From Burkholderiales bacterium (GTDB lineage: Bacteria > Pseudomonadota > Gammaproteobacteria > Burkholderiales > Usitatibacteraceae), in NCBI GenBank assembly GCA_043744255.1, contig JAYTVA010000062.1:7843-71842 (forward strand): DNA of 64,000 nucleotides. Direction: 5' to 3'. Positions 17,867 through 29,538 of the stretch are shown piece by piece (position 1 is the first letter of the stretch; each line of letters starts with the position of its first letter). The position numbers were made by a program, and so were the translations under genes. The notes below the pieces were generated by a model. The model was not told where the DNA came from and made no database searches. It saw nothing but the letters and a program-made list of their open reading frames with translations.

Positions 17867-20800
17867 AACTCGAATCCATCGCCAAAGGAGCGTTGGTCTC
17901 TGGCATTGAGGAGGGACGAGTCGTCCGAGTGGTGAGTGCCGACCCCTTGGGTGATAACGCTGTCACTGTCGTCTACAAGGCTGATGATGGCCGCTTAGGC
18001 GAGCGTGTGCTCTTTCGCTCCAACGAGTCTGAGCTAAGCATCGCGTCGATTGGGCGTCCTTGGAGCTTTGACGCGGACGGCGCGGACTTCAAGCTCGCTG
18101 CCGAGGCATATCGGATCAACCTCGCCCACTTGTTTGATCCGATGATGGCGGTCCACACGTCCAACGTGGAGCCCCTCCCGCACCAGATCACCGCTGTCTA
18201 TGAGTCCATGCTGCCAAGGCAGCCACTTCGTTATGTGCTGGCCGACGATCCGGGAGCAGGCAAGACCATCATGGCGGGCTTGCTGATTCGCGAGCTGCTA
18301 ATGCGGGCAGACGCCCAGCGCATCTTGATCGTGTCGCCGGGGAGCTTGGTGGAGCAGTGGCAGGATGAAATGTTCGAAAAGTTCGGGCTGTCCTTCTCGC
18401 TGTTCAGCCGCGATCTCATGGATCAAAGCCGCAGCGGAAACGCATTCGACGACCACAACTTGCTCGTGGCCCGGCTCGATCAACTCTCCCGCAGCGAAGA
18501 GCTTCAAGAAAAAATTCGCAATTCGCACTGGGACTTGATCGTGGTTGACGAAGCCCACAAGCTTTCGGCCACTTGGTATGGCACCAAGATCAATGAGACC
18601 AAGCGCTTTAAGCTAGGCCAGTTATTGGGCTCGGTCACGCGCCACTTCCTGCTGATGACGGCTACGCCGCACAACGGCAAGGAAGAAGACTTCCAGCTCT
18701 TCATGTCGCTGCTGGACTCGGACCGCTTCTACGGAAAATTCCGCGATGGCGCTCACAAGGTCGATGTCACGGACCTCATGCGGCGCATGGTCAAGGAAGA
18801 CCTTTTGAAGTTTGACGGCACCCGTCTCTTCCCTGAGCGTAGGGCCTACACCGCGAACTACAAGCTGTCGGAGGCCGAGGCTCAGCTCTACAACGACGTG
18901 ACGACCTACGTCAAAGAAGAGATGAACCGGGCCGACAAACTCGACGGCAAGCGCAAGCGAACCGTCGGCTTTGCGTTGACGGCATTGCAGCGCCGATTGG
19001 CCTCAAGCCCCGAGGCGATCTACCAATCGTTAAAGCGTCGGCGCGAGAAGTTGAAGCGCCGCATCGAGGAAGAGAAGGTCAAGCAGCGTGGCGGTGGCAT
19101 GTCCATGGCAGAAACCTATGCCACAAAAGCATCCGAGGACATTTGGGACTCTGCTGACGACATGGCTCCGGAGGACTACGAGGAATTCGAGGAGGAGGTC
19201 GTCGATCAAGCCACCGCAGCCCAGACCATCGCTGAGCTCGAAGCCGAAGTTTTTACTCTTGGGCACCTCGAAGAGCAGGCCAAGACCTTGGTCCATTCGG
19301 GGCAGGATCGCAAGTGGGAGGAGCTGCGCGAGCTCTTGCAGAACACGCCGGAGATGCGCGGACCCGATGGCTTGCAGCGCAAGCTGATTATTTTCACCGA
19401 GCACCGCGACACGCTCAACTATTTGGCTGACCGCATTCGTGGGCTGATGGGCAAGTTCGAGGCTGTGGTGATGATCCATGGCGGCGTGCACCGCGAGGAC
19501 CGTCGCAAGGTTCAGGAGCTGTTCCGCAACGACAAGGATACCCGCGTCTTGCTGGCCACCGATGCGGCGGGCGAAGGCGTGAATTTGCAGAACGCCCACC
19601 TGATGGTGAACTACGACTTGCCATGGAACCCAAACCGCTTGGAGCAGCGCTTCGGCCGCATCCACCGCATCGGCCAGACCCAGGTTTGCCATTTGTGGAA
19701 CATGGTTGCCGCCGAGACCCGCGAAGGCGACGTGTTCCAAAAGCTTTTCGACAAGATCGAAATCGAGCGCAAGGCGTTGGGTGGACGCGTGTTCGACATC
19801 TTGGGCGAGGTTTTCGATGGCATTAGCTTGCGCGACTTGCTGATCGAGGCGATCCGCTACGGAGAGGACCCTGCGCGCAAAGAACACTTGCGCGAAGTCG
19901 TCGGCACGGCCATGGAAACCGAAAAGTTGCGCGAGATCATCAGCCGCAACGCCTTGGCCGAAGAGGTGATGGACGAGCGCCGTCTCTTCGCGCTCAAGGA
20001 GGAGATGGAGAAGGCAGAAGCCCGCAAGCTCCAACCTTATTTCATTCGGTCTTTTTTCGCCCAGGCCTTCGAGAGACTCGGTGGCGACTTGCGCCCGCGT
20101 GGCTCGGGCCGCTATGAGATCAGCTTTGTGCCCGCCACGATTCGCGAGCGCGACCGCCAGATTTCCGGCCGTGACCGGCGCAGCATGAATCCCGTGGTGA
20201 CGAAATACGAACGTGTCTGTTTTGAAAAGAACAAGGTCCGCGTCGATGAAAAGCCCAACGAGGCCGTCGCGAGCCTGATCCACCCGGCCCATCCCCTGAT
20301 GCAGTCGGTGGTGGATTTGATGACCGAGCAGCACCGCGGCAAGTTGAAGCAGGGCGCCGTCTTGGTGGACCCCAATGACGAGGGAATTGATCCGAAGCTT
20401 TTGTTCCTGATTGACCACTCCGTCAAGGAAGGCGGCGAATCTGGCTTGGTTGTATCGCGCCGCTTGCAGTTCGTCACCATCGACCGGCACGGCCAAATCA
20501 GCAATGCAGGTTGGGCGCCTCACTTGGACCTCAATCCCATAGAGCCTGATCAGCGCGCGGTGGTGGCCGCAGAGATTGATGCCGACTGGATCAACAAGGA
20601 CTTGGAAGAAGCTGCCTTGTGGCACTCGTCGGACAAGCTGGTGCCCGAGCACTTCGAGGAAGTCCGCGAGAGGCGCGAACACCAGATCGACAAGAACCTC
20701 GCAGCGATTCACGAGCGGCTGGTCAAGGAGATCGACTACTGGTCAGACCGTTACGACAAGCTCAAGACCGACCTGTCTGCGGGCAAGGATGTCCGCCTGC

Positions 20801-21384
20801 CGTTGGAAAACGTCAGGCGCACGATTGACGAGCTGACCGTCCGGCTCGAAACGCGCACCAAGAGCCTGCAAGGCATGCGGCATGTGGTCTCTGGCATGCC
20901 GGTGGTGGTTGGCGGCGCATTGGTGATACCCGCAGGTCTGATCGCGATGAAAAGAGGCGAAGCCGAAGGCCCAACGTGGTCTGCCGATGCCCAAGCCCGC
21001 GCCCGTGTCGAGCGGGTCGCCATGGCTGCCGTTCGCAAAGCCGAAGAGGCTAGGGGGCACCAGATCATCGACGTGTCCGCTGAGAAGTGCGGTTGGGACT
21101 TGACTGCCATTGTTCCCGTCGATGAAGGCAAGCTTCCGCAAGCCCGCCACATTGAAGTCAAGGGGCGATCAAAAGGCCAATCGACCATCACCGTCACCCG
21201 CAACGAAATTCTCTACGGACTCAACCAAGCCGATAAGTTCATCTTGGCCATTGTGATCGTCGATGGTGACGACCATGAAGGCCCCCATTACGTTCGCAAC
21301 CCATTCACGCAAGAGCCTGATTGGGCGGTGACCAGTATCAATTTGGACCTCGCGTCCTTGCTCGACAGGGCGGAATCAATATGA
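17863..21384 (+). CDS. SNF2/DEAD-like superfamily 2 helicase with a C-terminal DUF3883-type (restriction-endonuclease-like) domain
   Basis: Motifs [24 protein letters not shown] and [11 protein letters not shown]. The C-terminal CGWDLTA...HIEVKGRS...[22 protein letters not shown] resembles DUF3883. Confidence 0.85.
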   Translation: MKLESIAKGALVSGIEEGRVVRVVSADPLGDNAVTVVYKADDGRLGERVLFRSNESELSIASIGRPWSFDADGADFKLAAEAYRINLAHLFDPMMAVHTSNVEPLPHQITAVYESMLPRQPLRYVLADDPGAGKTIMAGLLIRELLMRADAQRILIVSPGSLVEQWQDEMFEKFGLSFSLFSRDLMDQSRSGNAFDDHNLLVARLDQLSRSEELQEKIRNSHWDLIVVDEAHKLSATWYGTKINETKRFKLGQLLGSVTRHFLLMTATPHNGKEEDFQLFMSLLDSDRFYGKFRDGAHKVDVTDLMRRMVKEDLLKFDGTRLFPERRAYTANYKLSEAEAQLYNDVTTYVKEEMNRADKLDGKRKRTVGFALTALQRRLASSPEAIYQSLKRRREKLKRRIEEEKVKQRGGGMSMAETYATKASEDIWDSADDMAPEDYEEFEEEVVDQATAAQTIAELEAEVFTLGHLEEQAKTLVHSGQDRKWEELRELLQNTPEMRGPDGLQRKLIIFTEHRDTLNYLADRIRGLMGKFEAVVMIHGGVHREDRRKVQELFRNDKDTRVLLATDAAGEGVNLQNAHLMVNYDLPWNPNRLEQRFGRIHRIGQTQVCHLWNMVAAETREGDVFQKLFDKIEIERKALGGRVFDILGEVFDGISLRDLLIEAIRYGEDPARKEHLREVVGTAMETEKLREIISRNALAEEVMDERRLFALKEEMEKAEARKLQPYFIRSFFAQAFERLGGDLRPRGSGRYEISFVPATIRERDRQISGRDRRSMNPVVTKYERVCFEKNKVRVDEKPNEAVASLIHPAHPLMQSVVDLMTEQHRGKLKQGAVLVDPNDEGIDPKLLFLIDHSVKEGGESGLVVSRRLQFVTIDRHGQISNAGWAPHLDLNPIEPDQRAVVAAEIDADWINKDLEEAALWHSSDKLVPEHFEEVRERREHQIDKNLAAIHERLVKEIDYWSDRYDKLKTDLSAGKDVRLPLENVRRTIDELTVRLETRTKSLQGMRHVVSGMPVVVGGALVIPAGLIAMKRGEAEGPTWSADAQARARVERVAMAAVRKAEEARGHQIIDVSAEKCGWDLTAIVPVDEGKLPQARHIEVKGRSKGQSTITVTRNEILYGLNQADKFILAIVIVDGDDHEGPHYVRNPFTQEPDWAVTSINLDLASLLDRAESI

Positions 21385-24236
21385 CACCAATAAAAACACC
21401 GAAGAAACTGATCGAAGTGGCGTTGCCATTGGACGATATAAACGTAGCTGCCGGCCGTGAAAAATCAATAAGATTCGGGCATCCATCGACTCTACATTTA
21501 TGGTGGGCTAGGCGGCCATTAGCCGCAGCAAGAGCAGTGATCTTTGCTCAAATGGTGAACGATCCAGGATATGAGCGAAACCTCGGAAGAGGTGTCAATA
21601 AAGAGAAGGCAAAAGTTGAGCGCGAGCGATTATTCGAGATCATTCGCAAGCTTGTGATTTGGGAAAACACTAACAACGTAGCGTTATTTAAGGAAGCGCA
21701 CGAAGAAATCCGTAAGAGTTGGGTTGAAACTTGCGAATTAAACAAAAATCATCCACTCGCTACTGATCTATTCAATCCAGCAAAAATTCCGGGCCTCCAC
21801 GATCCGTTCGCCGGAGGGGGGTCTATACCTTTGGAAGCCCAGAGGCTTGGGCTGGAAAGCCATGCGTCTGACTTAAACCCTGTTGCAGTTTTGATCAATA
21901 AGGCAATGATTGAAATTCCTCCTAGATTTAACGGGCGAGTGCCAGTAGGTCCGATCCCTAGCGCAGAAAAGCAATCCAAAATAGAACAGGAGTGGTCTGG
22001 AGCTAAAGGGCTAGCAGAAGACGTAGTTCGTTATGGGGCTTGGATGCGAGAAGCAGTCTATGACCGAATTGGTCACTTTTATCCGACCATAAAGTTACCG
22101 AAAAAATATGGCGGAGGCGACGCGACAGTTATCGCGTGGCTATGGGCCAGAACCGTTAAGAGTCCTAACCCTGCTTTTTCTCACGTAGATGTCCCACTCT
22201 CGTCTTCATTTATTTTGTCGAAAAAAGCTGGGAAGGAGATTTATCTTTGTCCAGTAATCAACAATGATAAATATCATTTCGAAGTAATTTCCGGTATCCC
22301 CCCGCTGAGTGCCAGTAGTGGGACGAAGCTGGCGCGCGGCGCGAACTTTCGGTGCCTACTTTCAAATTCACCTATCGAACCGAAATACATCAAGTCGGAA
22401 GGCGTCGCTGGTCGTATGGGTGCCCGACTAATGGCCGTCGTAGCAGAAAGCACCTCTGGCAGGGTTTACGTTGAAGCTAATCAAGAGATGGAGTCGATTG
22501 CCTTAGCCGCAAAGCCCGAATGGAAGCCTGAAACCAAATTGGCAGATGACCCAAGAGCTCTTTGGACGCCAGCATACGGTTTGACTACCTTTGGCGATTT
22601 GTTTACTTCACGTCAGCTTCTGACTCTGACGACCTTCTCGGACATGATCCAAGTCGTGCGGACAAAAGTAAAAGAAGACGCTCTCAGCGCGAGCTGGGTT
22701 GGGGACGATCGAGGCTTAGCGGCAGGAGGTTCCGGTGCGTCGGCATATTCTGACGCTATCGCAGTTTACCTAGGAATTGCTGTCGATAAAACGACTGATT
22801 ACAACAGCAGTCTGGTTGCGTGGAGTCCAACTAGAGATCAATTAAAGACAACTTTCTCACGTCAAGGTTTACCCATGATTTGGGACTATGCAGAGACAAA
22901 TCCGTTTGCCAATGCTGCGGGAGATTTGAATATTTCGGCCCAAGGCATTGCAAGATCAATGCTTGGTCTTCCTGCAACAGGAGTTGCGTTTGTATCTCAG
23001 GTAAACGCCCAAGCTCAAAATATATCAAGTGGGAAAGTAATTTCAACAGACCCACCGTATTACGACAACATTGGCTACGCGGATCTTTCGGATTTTTTTT
23101 ATGTATGGCTTAGGAAGGCGTTACGACCGATTTACCCGGATTTATTTTCAACGATGGCGGTTCCGAAGGTGGAGGAGTTGGTTGCAACTCCTTATCGCCA
23201 CGGAAGTAAGGCCGAAGCTGAAGCTTTCTTTTTGAGCGGTATGACTGAAGCCATGCATCGACTTGCTGAACAGGCTAACCCTTCGTATCCCGCGACAATT
23301 TACTATGCATTCAAGCAGTCGGACACCACGGATGTGGGAACCGGAAATACTGGTTGGGAAACGTTTCTTGAGGCAGTTTTGCGAGCAGGCTTCTCCATTA
23401 CTGGGACGTGGCCGATGAGAACAGAGCGCGACGCTCGCTCAATAGGTATCGGAACAAATGCATTAGCGTCGAGCATTATTCTTGTCTGTCGCCAAAGGTC
23501 TCTGGATGCCCCTACTGCTTCAAGGCGCGACTTTCTCCGTGAGTTAAGAGATGAATTGGCCGATGCTGTGGAAGTAATGATCGGAGGTGCTGAAGGTGTT
23601 TCCCCCGTGGCACCCGTTGATCTCGCTCAAGCGGTTATAGGCCCAGGCATGGCGATTTTCTCGAAGTATTCCTCTGTATTAGAGGCTGATGGCAGTCATA
23701 TGACAGTTCACACGGCCTTGATGCTGATTAATCGAATGTTGACCGACGGCGTCGACGAATTTGATGCGAATACTCAATTTTGTCTAAGCTGGTTCGATGA
23801 GCAAGGTTGGGCTTCTGGTGAGTTTGGTAAAGCGGATGTCCTTGCAAGAGCAAAGGGAACCTCTGTTGACGGAGTAAGGGAGTCGGGCGTAGTTGAGGCA
23901 GGTGCTGGTCGCGTTCGCTTGTTGAAGCCTATCGACTATTCGGATGATTGGTCACCTGGGCGAGACAACACCACGCCTGTCTGGGAGGCCCTGCATCAGT
24001 TAATCCGAGCACTTCGAGACCAAGGAGAGTCGGCATCTGGTTCGTTGTTGGCCGGGATGCCGCAAATTGCTGAGCCCATTCGAAATCTGGCTTACCGCCT
24101 GTATACGCTCTGCGAGCGCAAGGGATGGGCCGACGATGCGCGAGCCTACAACGAGTTGATCACATCATGGACTGGGATCGAGGCTGCTTCGCATGAGAAG
24201 GGCCATCTCGGCTCGCAGGCCAAGTTCGATATTTAG
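21381..24236 (+). CDS. DUF1156-family DNA methyltransferase (COG1743-like)
   Basis: The N-terminal [12 protein letters not shown]...[21 protein letters not shown] is the DUF1156 signature. AdoMet motif DPFAGGGS and catalytic [21 protein letters not shown]. The ATG overlaps the helicase stop (ATGA 21381-21384). Confidence 0.85.
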   Translation: MTPIKTPKKLIEVALPLDDINVAAGREKSIRFGHPSTLHLWWARRPLAAARAVIFAQMVNDPGYERNLGRGVNKEKAKVERERLFEIIRKLVIWENTNNVALFKEAHEEIRKSWVETCELNKNHPLATDLFNPAKIPGLHDPFAGGGSIPLEAQRLGLESHASDLNPVAVLINKAMIEIPPRFNGRVPVGPIPSAEKQSKIEQEWSGAKGLAEDVVRYGAWMREAVYDRIGHFYPTIKLPKKYGGGDATVIAWLWARTVKSPNPAFSHVDVPLSSSFILSKKAGKEIYLCPVINNDKYHFEVISGIPPLSASSGTKLARGANFRCLLSNSPIEPKYIKSEGVAGRMGARLMAVVAESTSGRVYVEANQEMESIALAAKPEWKPETKLADDPRALWTPAYGLTTFGDLFTSRQLLTLTTFSDMIQVVRTKVKEDALSASWVGDDRGLAAGGSGASAYSDAIAVYLGIAVDKTTDYNSSLVAWSPTRDQLKTTFSRQGLPMIWDYAETNPFANAAGDLNISAQGIARSMLGLPATGVAFVSQVNAQAQNISSGKVISTDPPYYDNIGYADLSDFFYVWLRKALRPIYPDLFSTMAVPKVEELVATPYRHGSKAEAEAFFLSGMTEAMHRLAEQANPSYPATIYYAFKQSDTTDVGTGNTGWETFLEAVLRAGFSITGTWPMRTERDARSIGIGTNALASSIILVCRQRSLDAPTASRRDFLRELRDELADAVEVMIGGAEGVSPVAPVDLAQAVIGPGMAIFSKYSSVLEADGSHMTVHTALMLINRMLTDGVDEFDANTQFCLSWFDEQGWASGEFGKADVLARAKGTSVDGVRESGVVEAGAGRVRLLKPIDYSDDWSPGRDNTTPVWEALHQLIRALRDQGESASGSLLAGMPQIAEPIRNLAYRLYTLCERKGWADDARAYNELITSWTGIEAASHEKGHLGSQAKFDI

Positions 24237-24248
24237 GGAGATATAAAT

Positions 24249-27146
24249 ATGGCACTCAAACCTTGGCGCGAAATCGCCGTTCCCCACGAAGATGTCTTGA
24301 AGGGCACCTTCCAGCAAGCCGAGTTCGCCGCTGACATCTCTAAGGTGCACCAGGGAATCGCGACGCCTGAGTATCAGGATGCGGCTCTGTTTTTCCAACG
24401 GACCTTCATCACCGAAGGCATGCGCCTCTTGCTCGACTCGGTCGTCAAACGGCTCGCGGGCAAGGGAGGTGATCCCGTCGTGCAATTGCAAACAGCCTTC
24501 GGTGGCGGCAAGACCCACACACTTCTTGCTGTCTATCACCTTGCCAAGGGATTGACGCCTGCTAGCAAGATGCAGGGCATCCCGCCGATCTTGGAAGCGG
24601 CGGGCATCACAGAACTTCCGAAGGCTCGCGTGGCGGTGCTTGATGGAGTGGACTTGTTGGACCTTGCGAGCAAGCCCCGTGTTCATGGCAAGACCACCGT
24701 CAAGACGATTTGGGGAGAGTTGGCTTGGCAGTTGGGTGGCGAGGCGGCTTTCGCCAAGCTGATGGAGGCTGACCGTGATGGCACGGCTCCCGGCAAGAGC
24801 GTGATGGCCGACATCATCGGTGGCAGCGCGCCTTGCATCATCTTGATGGACGAGCTTGTTCGCTACGTCTCGCAGTTCGAAGAGGGTAAAACCTTGTCGG
24901 GCGGCACCTACGACACCCAGCTCTCATTCATCCAGTCGCTCACCGAAGCCTTGAAGGCCGTGCCCAACGCGATCCTGCTGGCCTCGCTGCCGTTCTCGGA
25001 CAGGGAAGCTGGCAGCCAGCAAGGCGTGAAGGCTTTAAGGGCCTTAGAGCACTACTTCGGGCGGGTGCAGGCGTTGTGGAAGCCCGTAGCGACCGAAGAA
25101 GCGTTCGAGATCGTCCGCAGGCGGCTGTTTGCCGATGTCACGGACCGACTCGCAGCCGAAGAAGTCTGCCGAGCGTATGCCGACTACTACGCGGCGAATG
25201 CGGGCGACCTACCCCCTGAGGCGCAGGGAAGCGGCTACTTGGATCGGTTGAAGCACGCTTACCCAATCCACCCCGAAGTTTTCGACCGGCTCTATGAGGA
25301 CTGGTCGTCGCTGGACAACTTCCAGCGCACGCGCGGCGTCTTGAAGCTCATGGCCAAAGTTATCCATCGCCTTTGGACCACGGGCAACAACGATTTATTG
25401 ATTCAGCCGGGCAGCCTGCCCTTGTTCGATTCCGACACACGTAACGAGGCGATCTACTACCTGCCTCAGGGTTGGGACCCGGTGCTAGAACGCGACATTG
25501 ATGGCGATCGAGCGGCGACCACTGAGCTCGATAACGCACGCCCACTGTTCGGCTCGATCCACGCATGCCGCCGTATTGCGCGGGCGGTGTTCTTAGGCTC
25601 GGCCCCAGACGCGGGAGCCGTTGGAGGTGCGAAACATCATCGAGGCATCGAGCTGGAACGCGTTCTCTTGGGATGCGTTCAGCCTGGCCAAGTGATTGGG
25701 CACTACAAGGATGGCGTGCGGGCCTTGGTGGACCGACTTCAATACCTCAACAGTGCTAACAACCGCTTTTGGTTTGACACCCGGCCTAACCTACGACGCG
25801 AGATGGAGGACCGTAAGCGCCGCTTTGATCTGCGCGAAGACGTGTATCCCTTCATCAAGGAAAAGCTGCGGTTTGCCAACGGCACCTTTGGTGGTGTGCA
25901 TGTGTTTACGCCATCGTCGGACGTGCCGGATGACTGGCAATTACGCCTCGTGGTGTTGCCGCCCGAGGCCACGTTCAGCAAGGGCGCGCAGTCGCCCGCA
26001 ATTGAGGCGGCCACCGCGATCCTGAAAGGGCGGGGAGATCAGCCTCGCCAGAAGCAAAACCGTTTGATCTTCTTGGCTCCAGACACCGACAGCATCTCGC
26101 GCCTCAAAGACCAAGTGACCTCCTCGCTTGCATGGAAGTCCATCGTCGATGACGTGAAGGAAGGTCGGCTTAACCTCGATGGACACCAGACCAAGCAGGC
26201 ATCGGCCAGCCTCGACCAAGCAAGCGAAGCACTGGGCCGCATGGTGCGCGAGACCTTCAAGTGGCTTTTGGCCCCATTGCAGGAGGCCAAGCCCGGCAAG
26301 GGTATCGGCGAGATTCAGTGGGACCACTTCCAGATCAATCCTGCTTCGGTGAACCGCACCGAAGAAATAGAGAAGGTGCTCAAAGAGCACGAGCTGCTGA
26401 TCACCGAGTGGGCCCCGATCCACTTGACCAAGATGCTGCAAACGTGGTTTTGGAAGGACGACGCGACTGCTGTCAGCGCGTTGGAGACGTGGCAAAAGAC
26501 GTGCTGCTACCTCTACCTGCCGAGGCTTCGCGATGCCGACACACTGCGGGCCACCATCGCGGCGGGCGTATCTTCACGCGACTTCTTCGGCATTGCTTAT
26601 GGCCGCGAAGAGGGCCCATTTCAAGGTTTCAATTTCGCGCAGAGCACTACCCCCATCCTTGACGACTCGCTTCTACTGATCGAGCCCAAGGTTTCGGTAG
26701 CGTTCGCCGCCGAGCTTGCGGCGGAGGCGGCAGAGAGAGAGGCTCAGACCAAGAATAAGGAAACGGGCGGAGCCAGCGCGGGTGGCGGCTCTAACGGCGA
26801 AACCTCAGGCGGGACTTCGACCACTACAACTGGCACCGGCGGCGGCTCCATGGGCTCCACAAGCGGGGGGGCGACGGGCGCTGGATCGAGCCCCGGCACG
26901 GGTAGCGGCGCCACAAAGAAAACGATGTTCTTCGGCTCCGTGGAGTTGAACCCGAATCAGGCCAAGGTGCAGTTTTCCGACGTGGCCGAGGAAGTTCTCA
27001 TGCTTCTCAATAAGCCCGGCGTGAAGCTGCGCATCGCCATCGAGATCGAGGCGGAGCTGCCAAGTGGATTTGACGATGGCATACAGCGCGCTGTGCGCGA
27101 GAACTGCGATCAGTTGAAGTTCAAGAACCGATCGTTCGAAGACTGA
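24249..27146 (+). CDS. DUF499-family P-loop ATPase (BrxC/PglY-like, COG1483-like)
   Basis: Walker [17 protein letters not shown] and Walker [11 protein letters not shown] long helical body is followed by a G/S/T-rich linker and a roughly 75-aa C-terminal domain. RBS gggag lies 12 nt after the MTase stop. Confidence 0.85.
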   Translation: MALKPWREIAVPHEDVLKGTFQQAEFAADISKVHQGIATPEYQDAALFFQRTFITEGMRLLLDSVVKRLAGKGGDPVVQLQTAFGGGKTHTLLAVYHLAKGLTPASKMQGIPPILEAAGITELPKARVAVLDGVDLLDLASKPRVHGKTTVKTIWGELAWQLGGEAAFAKLMEADRDGTAPGKSVMADIIGGSAPCIILMDELVRYVSQFEEGKTLSGGTYDTQLSFIQSLTEALKAVPNAILLASLPFSDREAGSQQGVKALRALEHYFGRVQALWKPVATEEAFEIVRRRLFADVTDRLAAEEVCRAYADYYAANAGDLPPEAQGSGYLDRLKHAYPIHPEVFDRLYEDWSSLDNFQRTRGVLKLMAKVIHRLWTTGNNDLLIQPGSLPLFDSDTRNEAIYYLPQGWDPVLERDIDGDRAATTELDNARPLFGSIHACRRIARAVFLGSAPDAGAVGGAKHHRGIELERVLLGCVQPGQVIGHYKDGVRALVDRLQYLNSANNRFWFDTRPNLRREMEDRKRRFDLREDVYPFIKEKLRFANGTFGGVHVFTPSSDVPDDWQLRLVVLPPEATFSKGAQSPAIEAATAILKGRGDQPRQKQNRLIFLAPDTDSISRLKDQVTSSLAWKSIVDDVKEGRLNLDGHQTKQASASLDQASEALGRMVRETFKWLLAPLQEAKPGKGIGEIQWDHFQINPASVNRTEEIEKVLKEHELLITEWAPIHLTKMLQTWFWKDDATAVSALETWQKTCCYLYLPRLRDADTLRATIAAGVSSRDFFGIAYGREEGPFQGFNFAQSTTPILDDSLLLIEPKVSVAFAAELAAEAAEREAQTKNKETGGASAGGGSNGETSGGTSTTTTGTGGGSMGSTSGGATGAGSSPGTGSGATKKTMFFGSVELNPNQAKVQFSDVAEEVLMLLNKPGVKLRIAIEIEAELPSGFDDGIQRAVRENCDQLKFKNRSFED

Positions 27147-27155
27147 GATGTGGGC

Positions 27156-27503
27156 ATGAGCAAGATCATTGTTCCGGCTCTGCCGACTGCGCGGGAGATG
27201 GAAGAGCTCCTGCAGTCGCTTATCAACGACCAGGAGAGCAATTTTTCGGACGCGCTCGACCACGACGTCTCGCATATCGACCAGCGAGCTCAGGTCGATT
27301 CGGTCCGAATAACCGATGTCGATATCTCTGGTTCACAGATTGCGGTGACTTACGAGCTGGATTACAGCATCTACAACGGCTGTAAGGATATGAATGTCGA
27401 AGATGCTGAGGAACTGCATGTCTTCGGCGAGATGACTGACGAGGGCTGGGCGTTCAATGAACACGTCCCCCCGCCAAAGCGCAGCACTGTGGACGAGTTC
27501 TGA
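27156..27503 (+). CDS. Small acidic hypothetical protein (about 115 aa)
   Basis: Starts 10 nt after the DUF499 stop, on the same strand. Protein-like sequence (..VRITDVDISGSQIAVTYELDYSIYNGCKDMNVEDAEELHVFGEM..). No motif recognised. Confidence 0.5.
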   Translation: MSKIIVPALPTAREMEELLQSLINDQESNFSDALDHDVSHIDQRAQVDSVRITDVDISGSQIAVTYELDYSIYNGCKDMNVEDAEELHVFGEMTDEGWAFNEHVPPPKRSTVDEF

Positions 27504-27562
27504 GAAATTTTGCAGTGATATTAGTTTTTGAATCAAAAGCACATCAATAAGAGGAGGTTGTC

Positions 27563-29530
27563 ATGAAGCTCACAAAAGTCCGCGTCCAGAACTATCGGTC
27601 CGTAGAAGACAGCGAAGAATTTGAGATTGACGGCCTCACTTGCCTAGTTGGCAAGAACGAAGCCGGAAAGACAGCGCTCCTCAGTGCCATACGCGGCCTC
27701 AAGCCAGCCCAGCCGTTCGAATTCGACGAAGTTATCGATTACCCAAGGCGTTTTTCGACACGGTTCGACGACCGACACCCTGGCGGGTCAGCAGAGGTTA
27801 TTCGGACGTGGTGGCGACTTGAAGGTCCGGACAATGATGCGGTTGAAAAGCGCTTTGGCCCAGGGGTTCTCAAAGGCGATACCTTTCAGACCCACTTTGG
27901 ATTTAGGTATGACGACGACCGCCGCATCTGGGAAATTGAAATCGATAGCGGAAAAGTTCTGGAAAATATGCTGAGCAAGCATGCCCTCGACGCAACCGAA
28001 CGCAATGCCCTTCACGGCGTGAGCGATGGGCTTGCTGCGGACAAGGCCCTTTCGGGGCTGACCGCGCGAACGCCCAAGCAGGAACTCCTCTTGCAGGATA
28101 TTAAAAAGTGCAGGGAATCGAGCTTCGTCAAGGCAGTGCTCGACATCCTATCTGCAAGGCAACCCAAGTTCTTTTTCACGTCGCACTTCGAGCGCATGTC
28201 GGGCATGGTCTCGATTGAGAAATTGCAGCTAGATAGACAGCAAAACGCGGTTTCGGTTGGGGACAAAATTTTTCTCGATTTCCTCGAATACGCGGGAACC
28301 ACTCTTGAAGACTTGAAGAACGTGGACCGACGCGAGGAGCTCAAGGCCAAATGCGAGGCGGCAAGTAACGAAATAACTGAGGAAATCTTCCAGTTTTGGA
28401 GCCAGAACAATGCATTAGAAGTAGTTATCGAGATCGATAACGCTAAACCCAAAGACCCCGTTCCTTTCAATACCGGCATGGTGGCCGACATACGGATTAA
28501 GAACACCAATCACAAGGCTACGCTTCCGTTGTCGGAGCGCAGCGCGGGCTTTGTATGGTTCTTCTCGTTTCTTGCTCAGTTCAAGCAGCTAAAGAAAACA
28601 CCCGGAAATACCAACGCGATCATTTTGCTGGATGAGCCTGGCCTAACCTTGCATGGAAAGGCGCAAGGCGATTTGCTGCGCTATATCGTCGAGCGGCTGC
28701 TGCCTGACCATCAAGTGATCTTCACCACGCATTCGCCATTTATGGTGCCTATGGATCGGCTCGCCGATGTCCGCATCGTGGAGGACGTAATTATTGAGAA
28801 GCCTGGCCAGCGCACAGAGGTCAAAGGAACGAAGGTGCGTTCGGACGTTCTTGAGGTTAGCGACGACACGCTTTTCCCTCTCCAAGGCGCGCTAGGCTAT
28901 GAAGTGACACAGTCACTTTTTATCGGCGCGAACACATGGCTTGTCGAAGGACCGTCGGACATTCTTTATTTGAAAGTCGTCTCCCAAGCGCTCACTAAGC
29001 GAAGCCGAGTAGGCATTGATCCGAAATGGACGTTATGCCCATCGGGCGGCATCGATAAGCTCGCGCCATTCGTGAGGCTTTTTGGCGGCAATCGTATCAA
29101 TATGGCGGTGCTCTCAGACATTGCGAACGGTGACAAGAATAAGATTGAAAATTTGAAGAAGGCCGACATATTAAAAGCGGGGCACTTCTATACGTGCGCG
29201 GATTTCACTGCGCAGAGTGAAGCGGATGTCGAAGATCTCTTCGAGGCCGACCTGTTCGTCGAGATGCTCAATGGGGCATACAAGCCGCCTGTTGCCAATG
29301 TCGTGGTCAAGGAAGCTTTGATGGTTGCGGCTCCCACCCCGCGTATCGTCAAGAAGGCGGAGGCATTGTTCAAAATGATGCCTGCGTCTGTCGCTGAGTT
29401 CGATCACTTCGGAGCATCTCGTTGGCTTTTGGAAAATCCGTCACTTTTAGATGCCGACACGCCTGCCGTCAATGCAACTCTGGACCGGTTTGAGCAGATT
29501 TTCAAGGCATTCAATCAACTGTTGGGATAA
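27563..29530 (+). CDS. OLD-family-like ABC-type ATPase fused to a TOPRIM-like C-terminal domain
   Basis: VRVQNYRSVEDSEEFEIDGLTCLVGKNEAGKT (Walker A), LSERSAGFVWFFSF (signature-like), AIILLDEPGLTLH (Walker B) and FTTHSPFM (H-loop). These are followed by WLVEGPSDILYL and AVLSDIANGD, a TOPRIM-like Glu and acidic cluster. Strong RBS aagaggagg. Confidence 0.7.
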   Translation: MKLTKVRVQNYRSVEDSEEFEIDGLTCLVGKNEAGKTALLSAIRGLKPAQPFEFDEVIDYPRRFSTRFDDRHPGGSAEVIRTWWRLEGPDNDAVEKRFGPGVLKGDTFQTHFGFRYDDDRRIWEIEIDSGKVLENMLSKHALDATERNALHGVSDGLAADKALSGLTARTPKQELLLQDIKKCRESSFVKAVLDILSARQPKFFFTSHFERMSGMVSIEKLQLDRQQNAVSVGDKIFLDFLEYAGTTLEDLKNVDRREELKAKCEAASNEITEEIFQFWSQNNALEVVIEIDNAKPKDPVPFNTGMVADIRIKNTNHKATLPLSERSAGFVWFFSFLAQFKQLKKTPGNTNAIILLDEPGLTLHGKAQGDLLRYIVERLLPDHQVIFTTHSPFMVPMDRLADVRIVEDVIIEKPGQRTEVKGTKVRSDVLEVSDDTLFPLQGALGYEVTQSLFIGANTWLVEGPSDILYLKVVSQALTKRSRVGIDPKWTLCPSGGIDKLAPFVRLFGGNRINMAVLSDIANGDKNKIENLKKADILKAGHFYTCADFTAQSEADVEDLFEADLFVEMLNGAYKPPVANVVVKEALMVAAPTPRIVKKAEALFKMMPASVAEFDHFGASRWLLENPSLLDADTPAVNATLDRFEQIFKAFNQLLG

Positions 29531-29538
29531 CGGTTTTC

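Noticed and set aside
19030-20712. 560-aa minus-strand ORF, and similar long antisense ORFs (7748-8407, 3362-4102, 25941-26495, 41288-41893, 48151-48858, 58409-59056, 61891-62439)
   Set aside because: They lie entirely antisense to genes with clear catalytic motifs. Their Arg/Ala/Gly/His-rich, low-complexity composition is typical of shadow ORFs in G+C-rich DNA.
16901-27146. Canonical BREX or DISARM assignment for the helicase/MTase/ATPase locus
   Set aside because: No PglZ, BrxA, BrxB or BrxL-like ORFs (BREX) are present between 16.2 and 30.5 kb. No DUF1998 or PLD-like ORFs (DISARM) are present either. The methyltransferase has the DUF1156 N-terminus rather than a PglX-like layout.
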